This document shows positions 49,626 to 61,936 of a DNA stretch of 64,000 nucleotides, piece by piece. Source of the DNA: Marsupella aquatica (lineage: Eukaryota > Plantae > Marchantiophyta); assembly GCA_973895155.1 (NCBI GenBank), contig OZ316893.1, positions 24,479,520 through 24,543,519 of the forward strand, read 5' to 3'. The notes under the pieces were generated by a model, which was given only the letters and a program-made list of their open reading frames with translations, was not told the DNA's origin and did not search any database. The position numbers and the translations under genes were made by a program. Numbering within the stretch: the stretch's first letter is position 1; each line of letters starts with the position of its first letter.

Positions 49626-52600
49626 TGTAAAAGTAATTAAAAGTAGTTCATCCAAATCTATTGATACAAAGGGCGAGATTAAAAACATTCACCAATATTC
49701 TCTTTACTTAAATTTATAAATGTTTTTTTATAAAAGTAAATAGTGTTCAACGTAAACAGTAACCGTATTCCTGTGTAACTGCCGAAATAAAACCATCAGA
49801 ACAAAAGAAGCACATCAACATTTTGAAAGGGAAGAAGGCTTTTGATGAAAGTAATGAAAAGAGGAAAGCTCGAAAGGAGTTTCGCCTCTCAAAGTGCAAA
49901 GTAAAGAGGAATGCTGGAGAAACAAAATCAAAAAAGATCAGAAGCCGAATGGAGAAAGCAAAAATGAGAACTGATTGAGGACAGAAAAGAGGCGCAACAC
50001 ATCTTAATCAGAAACAAATAGATCGAGCAGAAAGAAGGAGAAGCAAAGGGAATCGATAAGGACATTGACAAGATTGATAAGGACTGATCGACCTCAACTA
50101 CTCTAGCAGATCACTGAAGCTCAACGTAGTAGTCCACTACAATCCATCCCGCCCCCAATCCACACTGCAAGGAGCGCACCTCCGCGCCACAACCTCTGTA
50201 CGCGCTCTCATTGTTGATTTTGATTGTTGATTTTGATCGAAGCTGCCCCATCAAAGATTGTTAACAAACAAACGATCAAATCAGGAAGAGAACGACTGCA
50301 ATTTGAACCAAAAGAGGCCATGGCGAAGTGAAAGCGATACAAAAGGGCGAGATACAAAAGGAAGAGATACAAAAGGGCGAGAGAGACTAACACAACGCCC
50401 CGATGATCCAGAGAACAACAGAAAATTGAAAGAGTAAATTCCGTCTGCATACGACAATGCTTGCTAGTTGCTACCCAGGCTGGATCATGATTGATTGATT
50501 GATTGCTGCCCCAGTTGCTACGCGACTAGCAACGAATGCAGGACAGAACTCTAATCTAGCCATACACGACAGGAGAGGACAGTAGCCATGCACGACAGGG
50601 GAGGTAATTGCTTACGCAGGGCATGGCCTGGTGACGCATTTTAGCAGTAGATTCACCTTTGTGAAGCTTTTTGTGTAAGTTGGAGTTCCCTCTCGGCAGC
50701 GTGTTGGTGGCTCTTAACTTTACTGCGCCTTGAGATTTCCCACCATGTTTTTCCAGATAGATTTTTTTGTTCGAGTGGGCCATACACGATCGGGGCAGAG
50801 AAGAGCTGTAAGGCAGCGACCTGAGCAGAAGAAAAAGGCAAAAGCAGATCGATCGAACAAGGTCACTTTCTTATGAGCACCTCCTTGTCAAACACACTGA
50901 GTAATTAATTGTCATTCTCGGGCGAGAACTGTAAACATGTGGAGTCAAGTTAGGAACGGATTTGTCCTCAGCATGGAGTCAGTGCTCAATAATAGACTCT
51001 TCACCCTTGGGGACTGTAATATCATGTGCTTTCAGGAATTGAAGTCAGCAACATACACTTTCGCAGTCATTTATAGCCAAACTTGCTAACGACGTCCACT
51101 TGGCAATTGCAATGCTGTCCCTAAACTGGCACCTCAAAATTCATGTTCAGTGTCAAGTAGTTTGGCCAAGACTTGCACCAAAGCGCCTATGATTAGGGCA
51201 TTCACCATTTTTTCCTTCACGAGCAAGGAAACTAACTTATACTATACATCAAATAGCTACAGTTGAAATGCCTCCATGTATTGAGATTCTATAGCCTCGA
51301 ACTTAGCGACTTCCCACAAGCCGATCTTGAAAGGATAGCAAATGAACAATCGTCTTGATTAAGCTGGCCCAAAAAAGTCAGTTGTTTCCATGATGTAGTA
51401 CAAGTTTCATTTTTCAGAACAATGTGGTGTATCATGCAAAAACAAATTATGACGAGTCCCAATAAAAATAGTCATTGCCGGAAACATATTTATCTATATC
51501 AAAAATAACTATCTACTTTTTAACACATTTTTTATCTGTATCAATAACTATCCAATTTTCAATCTCAATCGAATAAAAACAGGTGGGGGTCCACGAACTA
51601 ATTCAAAATGAGAAAGTGAAGAAAATTAGGAAAAATCTCTATTAGCCAAATTGAAAAAAAAACTTTAATCAATGAAATAGTTAACATCAGAACCATGTTT
51701 CACATTAATAACACTTCATGATTTTGTCATTTTTTTCCTCCTTGTTGGTTTCCAGACTGCCAACGTTTTTGCAAATGTCAATATTTTCATGACATTGACA
51801 CTAATCCACAAGTGAACAACACATCATCTAATATGTTGGATGCCTAGGATCCCAATTAGGATTAACTCAAAATGCCAATGCAAGGGATTTAGCTTGCATT
51901 AGTACAATAGTCAGTGTATTTAACACCTGTTTTCTGCTTGTGTGCATAATCTCTGCCTAATTGCTACCCCATCTACTCACATGTGTTAGAGGTCAGTTCA
52001 CTAGCGGGTTCACTAGCAATATAGAAAAAACAATTCAGTTGGGCCTCAACCCCATCCAAAATGCCATCTCTGGAGAACATGTTTTCTTTTGATTCCTGGC
52101 CCATGAGTCTCTCAGGTTTTAACTAAAAAAATTGATAAAAATATTTTTCTTGTTGTCTTGTAGTTTGTTATCAAGAAACTTTTAGTGGACAAATGAGTCC
52201 CTTAATTAATTAATGATACTATGTTTTAAGTAAAATCTTCTTAGGGGAGATTTGTCCTAAATTAAGATCCAAGAGCTTACATTCTTGAACATGATCTCCT
52301 AAGAAGAAGATCATTAACTTACTTAAGGCCCTTCAAAAAAACCTATTAATATGGAACAAATTTATTTTCTGGGGTTTGCCCTTATTGTTTAAAAACTATA
52401 GTTAGAACATTCCCTAAATTGGCTGTAAAACACTGCAATTTGTTGTTAGTACTAACCTTGGATTTAGAAACCCTAATATTCTTCCACAAAAATTTATGTG
52501 TATTCTTAGCAAACCCAATAAAACCCCATACACAGTTGCACATGATGGTTGGGGAGTAACAACTAAACAAGTTAGATGGACCACTCTAACTTGGATGGAA

Positions 52601-53025
52601 GTTTTTCAATTTTGGGAAGATTTAGATAGTGTCTTTCACTGAAAAAGTAGTCATATTCAGTTGTGCCATGCAATGGTCATTCTTTTTGTCTAGCACACTT
52701 GAAATTTCTTGTGTTTTGTATTATAGTATGCTATAAAAATTGTGGTCTTGTATGGGAAATTTTTGCATGATATTAATTACTGGAGTGACTGCATGTGGTT
52801 TGGTTTGTAAGACAAATTGTGATGTACCGTTGTTGACAGAATTACAGGGTAACTTTAATTGGTTGACAATACCAAAGTTTTTTCCTCATTTCAAATGATA
52901 AACTAATTATATCAGGTTTTTGATCAAAATTTTAGGATGTGTGCATCAGAGATATCCGCAAGCCAGGAAAAGCTTTATTTTTGAAGTACAAATAATTTAT
53001 ATTGTTTGCAAAGTCATGAATCCAA

Positions 53026-53159
53026 TGGTCTCCATGGTATATAATGTCAACAATCATTGTTGCATAAATGCAGTGGTCTTCATAGTATGTGATGTCAAAA
53101 TTCATTGTTACATAAATGCAGTGGTCTTCATAGTATATAATGTCAAAAATCATTGTTCC
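53026..53159. repeat. 48-bp tandem repeat, ~2.8 copies
   Basis: tggtct(c/t)cat(g/a)gtat.t.atgtcaa.a.tcattgtt.cataaatgcag units. Confidence 0.9.
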
Positions 53160-53969
53160 ATGAGGACGACAACTTTGGCAAAAGATTTTTGTGGGTTATT
53201 CCAAGAATCTTTAAAGACTAATTTTAAACATCTTTATAGAATATTTTAGGTCTTTGCCGGGGTCTTTGTGGAATACTCAAAGACTATTGCAAAGTGTTTC
53301 ACCAACTGAGTGCACCTCAAGTTAGATGCCAACTAACCTCCCCTACGCTCCTCTTCAATTATGCATGAATGTTCTTGTGCTACTCTCTATCCTTGGGCAT
53401 AGGAGTAGCAAAGGATCTCAACTGGTCATGTGTAACAAATGGCTTGAATGTGATGGCGCTTATATCATGCATGATTCGCCTTCTACATGCTTATGGGGAC
53501 CTGCCACCCCAAGACTACCTCTGGTTCAATGTTTCTGGCTCCCAGCTAGCTAGCCTCCTGGCTAGCCTGAGTCTAGTCGGGATCATACAAGGCCACGATG
53601 TCCAATTCTTGGGTTTGTTAACAATGGTACACATGACATTGCAATCAGTACATGTGAGAGCTCATGATAGTGCTACAAGTAACCACTCATGACCCTGGAC
53701 CTTCCTTACGATGCAGCCTTGTTGGACTTATAGGGTATTGTAATGGGTCTACAACTTACAATTTTTTTCTTTCAATTGCTAAGATTTAAATAAACCGATG
53801 GTCAAAATACACTGACAGCTTTTCATTGTGTATCTCTCATTTAGTGGGTTGGTCACTTATAGTTGGGGAGGTAAATTTAGGGTAGTTAGTGTTTTTATTA
53901 TAGACCCCCGTGAGAAGTGCCTTTCAAAATTCTTGGCTCCACGTGCCACCAGCACTACTACATATTTGC

Positions 53970-54510
53970 CAATTTTGCGAAGGCGTTTTACAAGAGGAAG
54001 AAAGCTTTGCAAGATTAATCTCATCGCTAAACTTGCGATCCGATACGCATCGCACTTAGCGCATCTACACACATCGCAACACATAATTGCGAAACTTAGA
54101 CCATCGCAACATTTTACGACACTTCAGGTATCGCAAAACATTTCCGAAGCAATTACCATTGAACAAGTTAGCGATCTTTACCGCTTCGCAAATTCATTGA
54201 GATGCGCCGGAAAACTAAATGGTTGCGAATATTTAAGCATCTCAAAATATTTTGCGAGTCTTATTGTCTCGCAAATGAGAGATGTTTGTGGAATATATGG
54301 CTAACTTGCGATAGTAATAGGCTCGCAAATCCTGTGCCTGTCTAGGGTCTCATTTTGTGAATGTTTTGGTTTTGCAACTTTGAGATGGTGGTATCTTCGG
54401 AAGTTTGCGATGAGGGAATGATGGCAATTAGGGAGCAGTTAAGTATCGCAAATGTAGCGATGAGTTTGCGGGTGTAGGGGTTTCGCAAGATGTTTCGCAA
54501 AATATTATGA
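53970..54510. repeat. Subterminal repeat array (TCGCAA/TTGCGA core)
   Basis: Many copies in both orientations immediately inside the CACTA terminus. Confidence 0.85.
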
Positions 54511-55307
54511 GCGCTTCAAAGAGGTGGAAAAGGAATGGGATTGGGGAGGGAGGGTAAAGGAGGGTGGATACATGTAATTTTTAGGGAGGGACAATGAAAA
54601 GGAGGAGGAAGGGAATGGGGCTAGGAGGGACAAGGAACGGAGGGATCCAAGAGGGAGGATACAGGTTTAGGGGGCACAAGGAAATGAGGGAGGAGGAAGG
54701 GTATGTAGATATAGTTTTAGGGAGGGTTTGGATTTAGGGAGTGAAAATAAAAAGGAGGGAGTTTAGGGTTTAGAGAGGGACAAGGAAAGGAGGGAGGGTA
54801 TTGGTTTAGAGAGGGACAAGGAAATGAGGGAGGTTTAAGGGTATAGGTTTAGGAGGGAGGAGAGAAGCTAGGTTGTATAGGTAAGAGTGGGGGACAGGGG
54901 TGGAAAGTAAGGAAAGTATAGGGTTGAAATAGAAAGCCAGGGGTTGGGACAAGGAGAGGAAGGAGGAAGGAGGGTTTAATAAGAGGGACAGACAATGAAA
55001 GAAAGGAGGAGGGAGGTGGGTACAAGTAATAAGGAGAACAGCTAGGGGGGGATTAGGAAAGCATGGAGGATAGAGGACTACAAGCAACATGAGTTTTCTT
55101 TGCATAAAGTCTACCAAAAGGTGTGGTGAGTATGGGGTAGGGATGGGAGATATAGAAAACAACATTTGAAAATGATATACTTACAAAACATAAGTTTATT
55201 GATAATTGAGAAGCACATATTTCTCCATTCTACCGAGAAGAGAAATCTTCATATCATCAAATCTAACTATATATCCGTGTAGCTATATATCCACAAACAC
55301 AGACCCC

Positions 55308-58300
55308 TCAAACTTGGTCCTCATCATCTTCAGGTTGGGACACAACCAGAATATCAGGCTTTTCCCCAACGATTGAACAAGACCGTGGCACATATGTGAT
55401 GACAAGTGACCATTCCTCTGGGTTTGGGGGGTATGGAATATAGAAACATTGTTCCACATGACTTGGAAAAGTGAACGGCTCTGATGTTTGCCAATGAGAT
55501 GGCTGGAAACTAGTGGCAGACGTCTTCAGTCGTGTAAATCCACACTCATCTTGAACCACAGTAGGATTGTTACCTGCAAGGTTCACTTTGAACCACTTGC
55601 ACTTGAAGACATACTCTTCAAACTTTGATTGTGCATCATAAGATATCACTAGAATCTCTTCTACCTTTTCATAATGTGACACAACATCTCGAATAATATT
55701 TGTGTCATGGCGACTGCTGCGGGAATCTTGAGAGAATTGTCCTTGAACTCCACAATCAAAGGTACGACCCCTCTTCTCATCAAGGGAAGAAATCCTAAAA
55801 TCCATCAAACCATAAGGATATGTTACACAAAAATAGACACAAACATATTCCAATTAATTGAACACACCAAGAATCTGCCTCTTCAATATATGTGCTTGTA
55901 TTACAAATGAATTAAATTAAACCAAGTGATTCAAATCAAAGGTTACTACGGTAGATGGAGATCACCTGAAATGTCTTCCTTGTGTCCACATTGCTGTCCT
56001 TGTTGTAACCACTCTCAAGGGACCATGAACAATGGTACGAACATCATCTGTGATAGCCGGAAAATGTAATACACTCTCTCCCCTGACCACCATGTCATCC
56101 ACCTCAACTAACTTCTCCTTCATATAGTCAAGGTACTTTGGAAAAATCCTTGGTCTTGTGCTGTTACTTTTGGCATCCTCATAGAAATCCCTCCATTCTT
56201 CCATGATAGTGCTGTTACTCAACATGAATGTGGTCAGTTGTTTCACCTCCACTGGTGTCAACATGCGAGTTTTCCTAGCACCTGTTAAACGATCCTCTTC
56301 ATCTTCCCTCTCCTCTACCCAAGTACGGGGAGAGGTACAATCAATTGTGGCCAATATGTTACTACAATAGAACATACTCTCAGCTGCTAAGTATCCTGTA
56401 GCCATGCTTCCCTCAACCCGTGCACGGTTACGTACATAACCTTTTAACACTGCCATGTATCGTTCTAGCCAATACATCCACCGACAATGCACAGGACCTG
56501 CAATGGCCACCTCATGAACAAGATGAACAAGTAAATGCACTTGACAGTCAAAAAAGGAAGGAGGAAGGGCCTTCTCCAACTTGCATACCACCTCTGCTGC
56601 CAAAACCTCCATCCCAGGGATCTCATCAGTATATATCTCCTTAGAGCATACCCATCTCAATAGTTTTCCCAATGACCAAAGGGCATCTTGCACTTCTTCA
56701 CTTGCCAAACCTATTATGGCCACAGGCAATATGTGCTGCAATAACCTATGGTAGTCATGTGTCTTGAGATACCTTGGCCACTTATGATTGTCCTCCATCC
56801 CAAAGGCCTTTCGGAGATTGGCACCATAACCAGTAGGAAACCGCATGTCTCCTATGCGATTCTGAAACTCCCTTCTCTGGCCAATAGGAAGCACCCATGG
56901 AGCTGAAGGTCGATGCTCGATCCCTGTGATAGGATCACTTATGACCCACACGTCTGGATGCATCTCAAGATCCTCACAAGCCTCCCTGAAGTTAGTGTCT
57001 TTCTCTCCATAGAAAGCCTTTATCAAAGCCTTTCCCACATTTCCCTCAATGTGCATGGGGTCTAATAGATGGCGGATCTTCAACTCACCCCAATAGGGCA
57101 AAGTGGTTAATATACTCCACCTTGTCAAGCCACTACCGTCAAATTGCATGGGATCCTCTGGGTCTGCCACTCTTGCAGCCATGTCTTTCCAGTGTGTAAA
57201 AGTTGTTGGCTCAGGTACATCACGCTCGTCACCAAAGGGCATATCAATAGAGGAAAATAGTAGTGGGTCACGCCTCATCTGATGTCCCATTGGAAGAAAC
57301 TTTGTATGCCCAAGATAAACAATCTTGCGAAGATGTGATGAATACTTGGCTACATCACCAAGGCTTGGGCCACAAGTGGAGCAAGCCTTGTAGCCTTGGG
57401 TTTGCAACCCACTCACAAAGCCAAATCCTGGTCATATAAACACACATTATGTTAGGATTAGCACATGGAAATGAGGGGATACCATGCATTAGAATATGAT
57501 GCATTTAAACAACAAAGTTCTTACCTGGGTAGTCATGCATGGTCCACATACAAACCCCTTTGAGTTTGAAAACCCGTGGGGTACCCCCTGTAGTCTTTCA
57601 ACCATCATATGCCCATACTCCTTCCCATAATTTCTGGAGTTCCTGAACCAGTAATGTCAAATAGGTGTCCATGTTCTTCACCTTCTTTGGCCCTGGGATA
57701 ATCAAAGATGGCAACAAAAAACCCTTTTTCATGGACAACCATGGTGGAAGGTTGTAATTCATGAGAACCACAGGCCAAACCGATGTAGGTCTCCCCTTCC
57801 CTCCAAGTGAATGAGGGCTAACTCCATCTGATGCCAACCCCAGTCGCACATGCCGAGGGTCACGCTCAAAATCTGGCCATGTTGATTCCACATGTTTATG
57901 AGCAGGAGAGTCAACTGGTAATCGCATGACACCGGGCTCCGAACGATGTTTCTTGTGCCATACCATCAACTCGGCCAAGTCAGAACATCTATACATGTGC
58001 AACAAGCGAGGAATTATGGGGAACCAACAAACTGCTTTCCTTGGTACCTTCTGGGTTAGCATGTTTGGCTCATACCGTGGCTCATGACACACTGTGCATT
58101 CTGTGATATGGGCTATATCCCCGTGAAATAACATGCAATCATTCACACAGGCATGAATAATATGGTAATCCATACCAATGGATGAGAGAACCTTCTTTGT
58201 ATCCTTCCAGGTCCCTGGCAACACATTCTCCGAGGGTAACATCAAGTCATGACAATATTCAAATATGTCTGATAACATAGAATTGCTTGTCTTGTGTTTG

Positions 58301-60078
58301 GCTTGAATATTCAAGAGCCCCAATATGGCAGAAAGACGGCTCAACCGAGCACCCTCAAAAATAGGTGTTCGAGCATGTTCCTCTGCCTCTTTCCATTGTT
58401 GTTGTCCCTCTGGAGTATGTTGTGGCCGTGGGTCATTTGAAGGGCCAACCTCATGACCAATGTGAGGCACATCATCCTCAACATCGGCACCAAACCAATC
58501 AACCATGAAGTCATCCATGGCTCTATCTTGATCATGCATGACCTGGTCATCAGTCCGAGGTGCGGCTTCCTCATCAGCACCACCTACATCATTACTTGAT
58601 GAGGAATCACCCTCTGATGGTTCTCCCTCTTCTGGCATACCCATCTCCCGATATGTTGCTCTCAACCTTCGTGGTAACATTTGTTGAGATGGTTGCGCAT
58701 TCTATGCACATTACAACCAAAAAACCTCCTCATGTATATTTGACCAAGTACAACAAATTAAAATAGACTTAACACCATTCATTCAAGACATTAAGAATTA
58801 AAGTAAATGCATGGGCTAAAACCTTATTACTCCAAAATGAGCCCAAAGGCCATATATATAATAGTAAATGGGAAGTCCAAAATAGGTGCAAGAGGATAAA
58901 GGACATGATTTCCTAATCCCACTCATAGTGTGTGAATAACTCATCTCCTGCTCTAATGGTCCTAGTAGCAAGAACTAAGCAATGGTCCTTATGATATGTC
59001 GTGCCATATGGTGCCGGCATTGGACCATCAGTAAAAACCCACTCACAATTGGCCCTATGCTTGGGCCGAGTCCCCACAGTACTATTTATGAAACCAGCAA
59101 TATTCCCATTACGTATGGGATCACCATCTATCACCCGCTGCTCACTATACCTTCTAGTGCTACCATCAAAGTATCCATCTCTAGAGCATATGTTTTCCAC
59201 TCAGGATGTTGTGCAAGGATCATGTTCCAATGTCTTCTCTTGTAGATGGGTCCACCGTATGGGAACAAAGTAGGACCCTCTCTACCACGAACACTTGACC
59301 CACCCTCCTCATCCATGATGATATCCTCACAAGCAAATACTCCATATCCATGTCTCTGTCCAAGTGTGGAAGTTTTCACAATCCAACGTCTACCCCAAAC
59401 CACAATCTCCTCATCAAAATCTGTAAAATAAGGCAAGCCAAGAGTGATAGGTTCCCAATCCTTGATGATAGAGGCACACTTGCCAGTGAATGAAAAAACA
59501 CCCCACCTACCCTGAACTAGTGTTCTGGATGGGTCATTGGGTGCTCGTGGCCTCCTGTTGGATTGGGGCCTGGACCAGGGTCTTCGTGTCTCAGTGGGCA
59601 CATGAGGGTGTTCCCCTTCTGTCCCATGACTGGTACTAATTCCCAAACCCAAGGCTTGTGAAAGTGCATTGCCTATAGCATCTAAAACTCCTTGTGATGG
59701 GACATAGGGTGGTGGTGTCACCAATCTACGCATACTGGATCCCTATTCCATGCAAACACCCACAAACAACCAAATGTGTAAACCATATGTGTAAACATTG
59801 ATTCACCTCTAAAAATAACAGTAAAGAACGGCAATCAATTGAAACAAACTTACCATATGGGATGAAGAAGCCCCGGGAGTAAGACCTCTATGACGTCCAT
59901 ATCTCTCAATATGTTGAGCACACACATAAGATTTTTGAGAAATTTGGCCCACACATCTGGTGCAGTCACAAAGTCTTCGGGGTGGACCACGAGGACCGGT
60001 AACCTCGGGCTGAGGAGGAGGGGGTATATCATCATCAGAGGAGTACTCACTACTGGATAGTTCAGAGGAAGAGGACAT
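55308..60078 (-). pseudogene. CACTA TnpD/TNP2 transposase (~1116 aa spliced); exons 60078-59854, 58701-57525, 57427-55966, 55794-55308; one in-frame TGA at 57600-57598
   Basis: Transposase_21 motifs IHACVNDCMLF, FPIIPRL, RHVRLGLASDGVSP, SVWPVVLMNYNLPPW, LIIPGPK, HDYPG..SG..GYKACSTC, HLLDPMHIEGNV. DUF4218-type KTHDYHRLLQ and RWMYWLERY; DUF4216-type FKCKWF and EPFTFPSHVEQCFY. Introns are GT..AG and the exon sum of 3351 nt is divisible by 3. Confidence 0.9.
58913..59742 (-). CDS. SET-domain exon (lysine-methyltransferase-like) nested in transposase intron 1; 1-nt frameshift at 59168-59170
   Basis: SET motif I GYGVFA (59349-59332), motif II PYGG, IDGDP..GNIAGFINS (motif III, 59095-59081), ANC, and ATRTIRAGDELFTHY (motif IV, GDELFTHY at 58948-58925). 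Track ORFs 59131-59733 and 58913-59200 join if one T is added (MDT-FDG). Confidence 0.85.
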
Positions 60079-60184
60079 ATCCACTGCCACATTACATTGC
60101 ATGTAGGGCATGATTAGGAAAAATTAGGCCATATATAAAGCGATTTTTAAAAAAGTGAACTAAAAAAACAATTAGGTTGGTTTA

Positions 60185-61250
60185 TACATGGGGTTTTATT
60201 ACCCTTTTATATTTGTTAGCATGAAACCCAAATTAAGGTGAGTGTCATGCAAGAAGAAACCACATTATAACCTTTGGGAAAATTGTAATACCCTATGTCC
60301 TAAGTGAGGTTAGATTATTACCTGAATGAGACCCAGGCTCAACAGTGCCTATAGGTCACGTGGCTTTTGGAACATTTGCCAAATCTAGAAGTAGGAGGAA
60401 AATACTGGAAACAAAATGTAAGTTTGGATGGTAATTAGCAGCCGTCAAGTTGTGGAATCTTAGACATTTACCCACATATATCATGGCACAACAAAGAAGG
60501 GCAAGCATAAAAATCTGTACTAACAACATTGACTGTATACATGATGTTATACCTTTTAGATGCCCGGGTTCCCACAATGCATATGCATTAGACAAAAGTT
60601 GAGGTAGTAGTGTTGGCCCTGCGTTGTATCATGATTACATGGGTTTTCCCCTCAATTGTTAGCATAAAACCCTAAACCCTAAACCCTAAACCCTTATCCC
60701 CCCTCGAGTGAAAGGTGAGTGTCATGCAATAAAAACCCACCCTAGACCCCTGGGAAAACTCTAAAGGCCTAAGCCCAGAATGAAGTTGGACAATAATTAC
60801 CTGAATGAGATCCGGACTCAATAGTGCCTGTAGGTCGTGTGGCTCATTGAACATGAGCTGAATCTAGAAGCACGAGAAAAATACTGGAAACAAAAAAGTA
60901 AGTTTGGATAGCCATTAGCTTCTCTCAAGTTGTAGACCCCCAAACATGTGCATATAGATATTCTTGCACAACAAAGAAGGGCAAGGTTTATGAACAATCT
61001 CTTTATCAAACCCTGCTAACATACATGTTTAAATATACCTTTTAGATGTCCGGGTTCCCACAATGCATATGCATTAGACAAAAGTTGAGGAAGCAGTGAT
61101 GGTCCTGCACTGGATCATGATTACATGGGATTTCCCTCAATTGTTAGCATAAAAACCAAAACCTCATCCCGCTTCAAGTGAAAGGTGAGTGTCATGCAAT
61201 AAAAACCCACCATAGACCCTTGGGAACTCTAAAAGCGTAAGCCAATGAAG
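60185..61250. repeat. ~450-490-bp tandem repeat (~2.3 units) between the divergent genes, including (AAACCCT)4 at 60667-60694
   Basis: tacatggg...ttgttagcat...aaggtgagtgtcatgcaa recurs at ~60186, ~60636 and ~61122. Confidence 0.85.
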
Positions 61251-61936
61251 TTAGCAAAAACCTAAATGGTCAATTCCCTTCAACCATCCTATGCTTCTCT
61301 CTACCATAATTATATGCCACCCCTCTTGGTTACCCTCCTAAGATACCATAAAAGTAACCCAAGATACTATAAAACTGAAACCTCTCTTTCAAACCCTCCT
61401 AAGTTGGCCTAAACCCCAAAACCCAAAACATAAAACCCCTCCTAGCTCTTACCCTCCAATACATATAACCCCAACCTTCATAAATAAAACCCCCTGCAAA
61501 CCCAAAACATAAAACCCCTCGTATCTAAGCCAATCTAAGCCCAACCTTCACAAAAGAAACCCTCCCCTAACCAGGCCAAACCCCCTCCTCTTACCCTGCA
61601 ATATAACTCCTTCAATTTTCTAACCCCCCCAATCCTTATCTCATCACATCCCACTAAAATGCAACATAATCCTCTACATCTACCCCATTTAATGTTCATA
61701 AGCCCCCTTAGTATCCCTAACAATACATCAAATACGCATGCGAGACGGGGGTTATGGCAAAACCAAATAGCGAAGGCTTTTGCGAATCTTGAAGCTTCGC
61801 AAAGATGCATCGCAAATTGCGATGCGAAACGAATTGCAAAGCCCAATATTTTGAATCCTTATGGATTGCCGAGCGCGGACAAGGCAGATTCAGTTCATTC
61901 AGGCCTGAGGAGAGCAACGAGGGCAAGGGCGGAGCG

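Noticed and set aside
53828-54304. 158-aa ORF across the CACTA terminus (also 61659-62033 and 63060-63323)
   Set aside because: These are translations of the TCGCAA repeat arrays, not protein-like.
58913-59742. SET exon as an independent host gene or separate nested insertion
   Set aside because: No TIR/TSD or separate promoter was seen, and it is in phase with the transposase first exon across a normal 111-nt intron.
60667-60694. Telomere repeats as a chromosome end or fusion site
   Set aside because: Only four units, embedded in one unit of a TE-internal tandem repeat.
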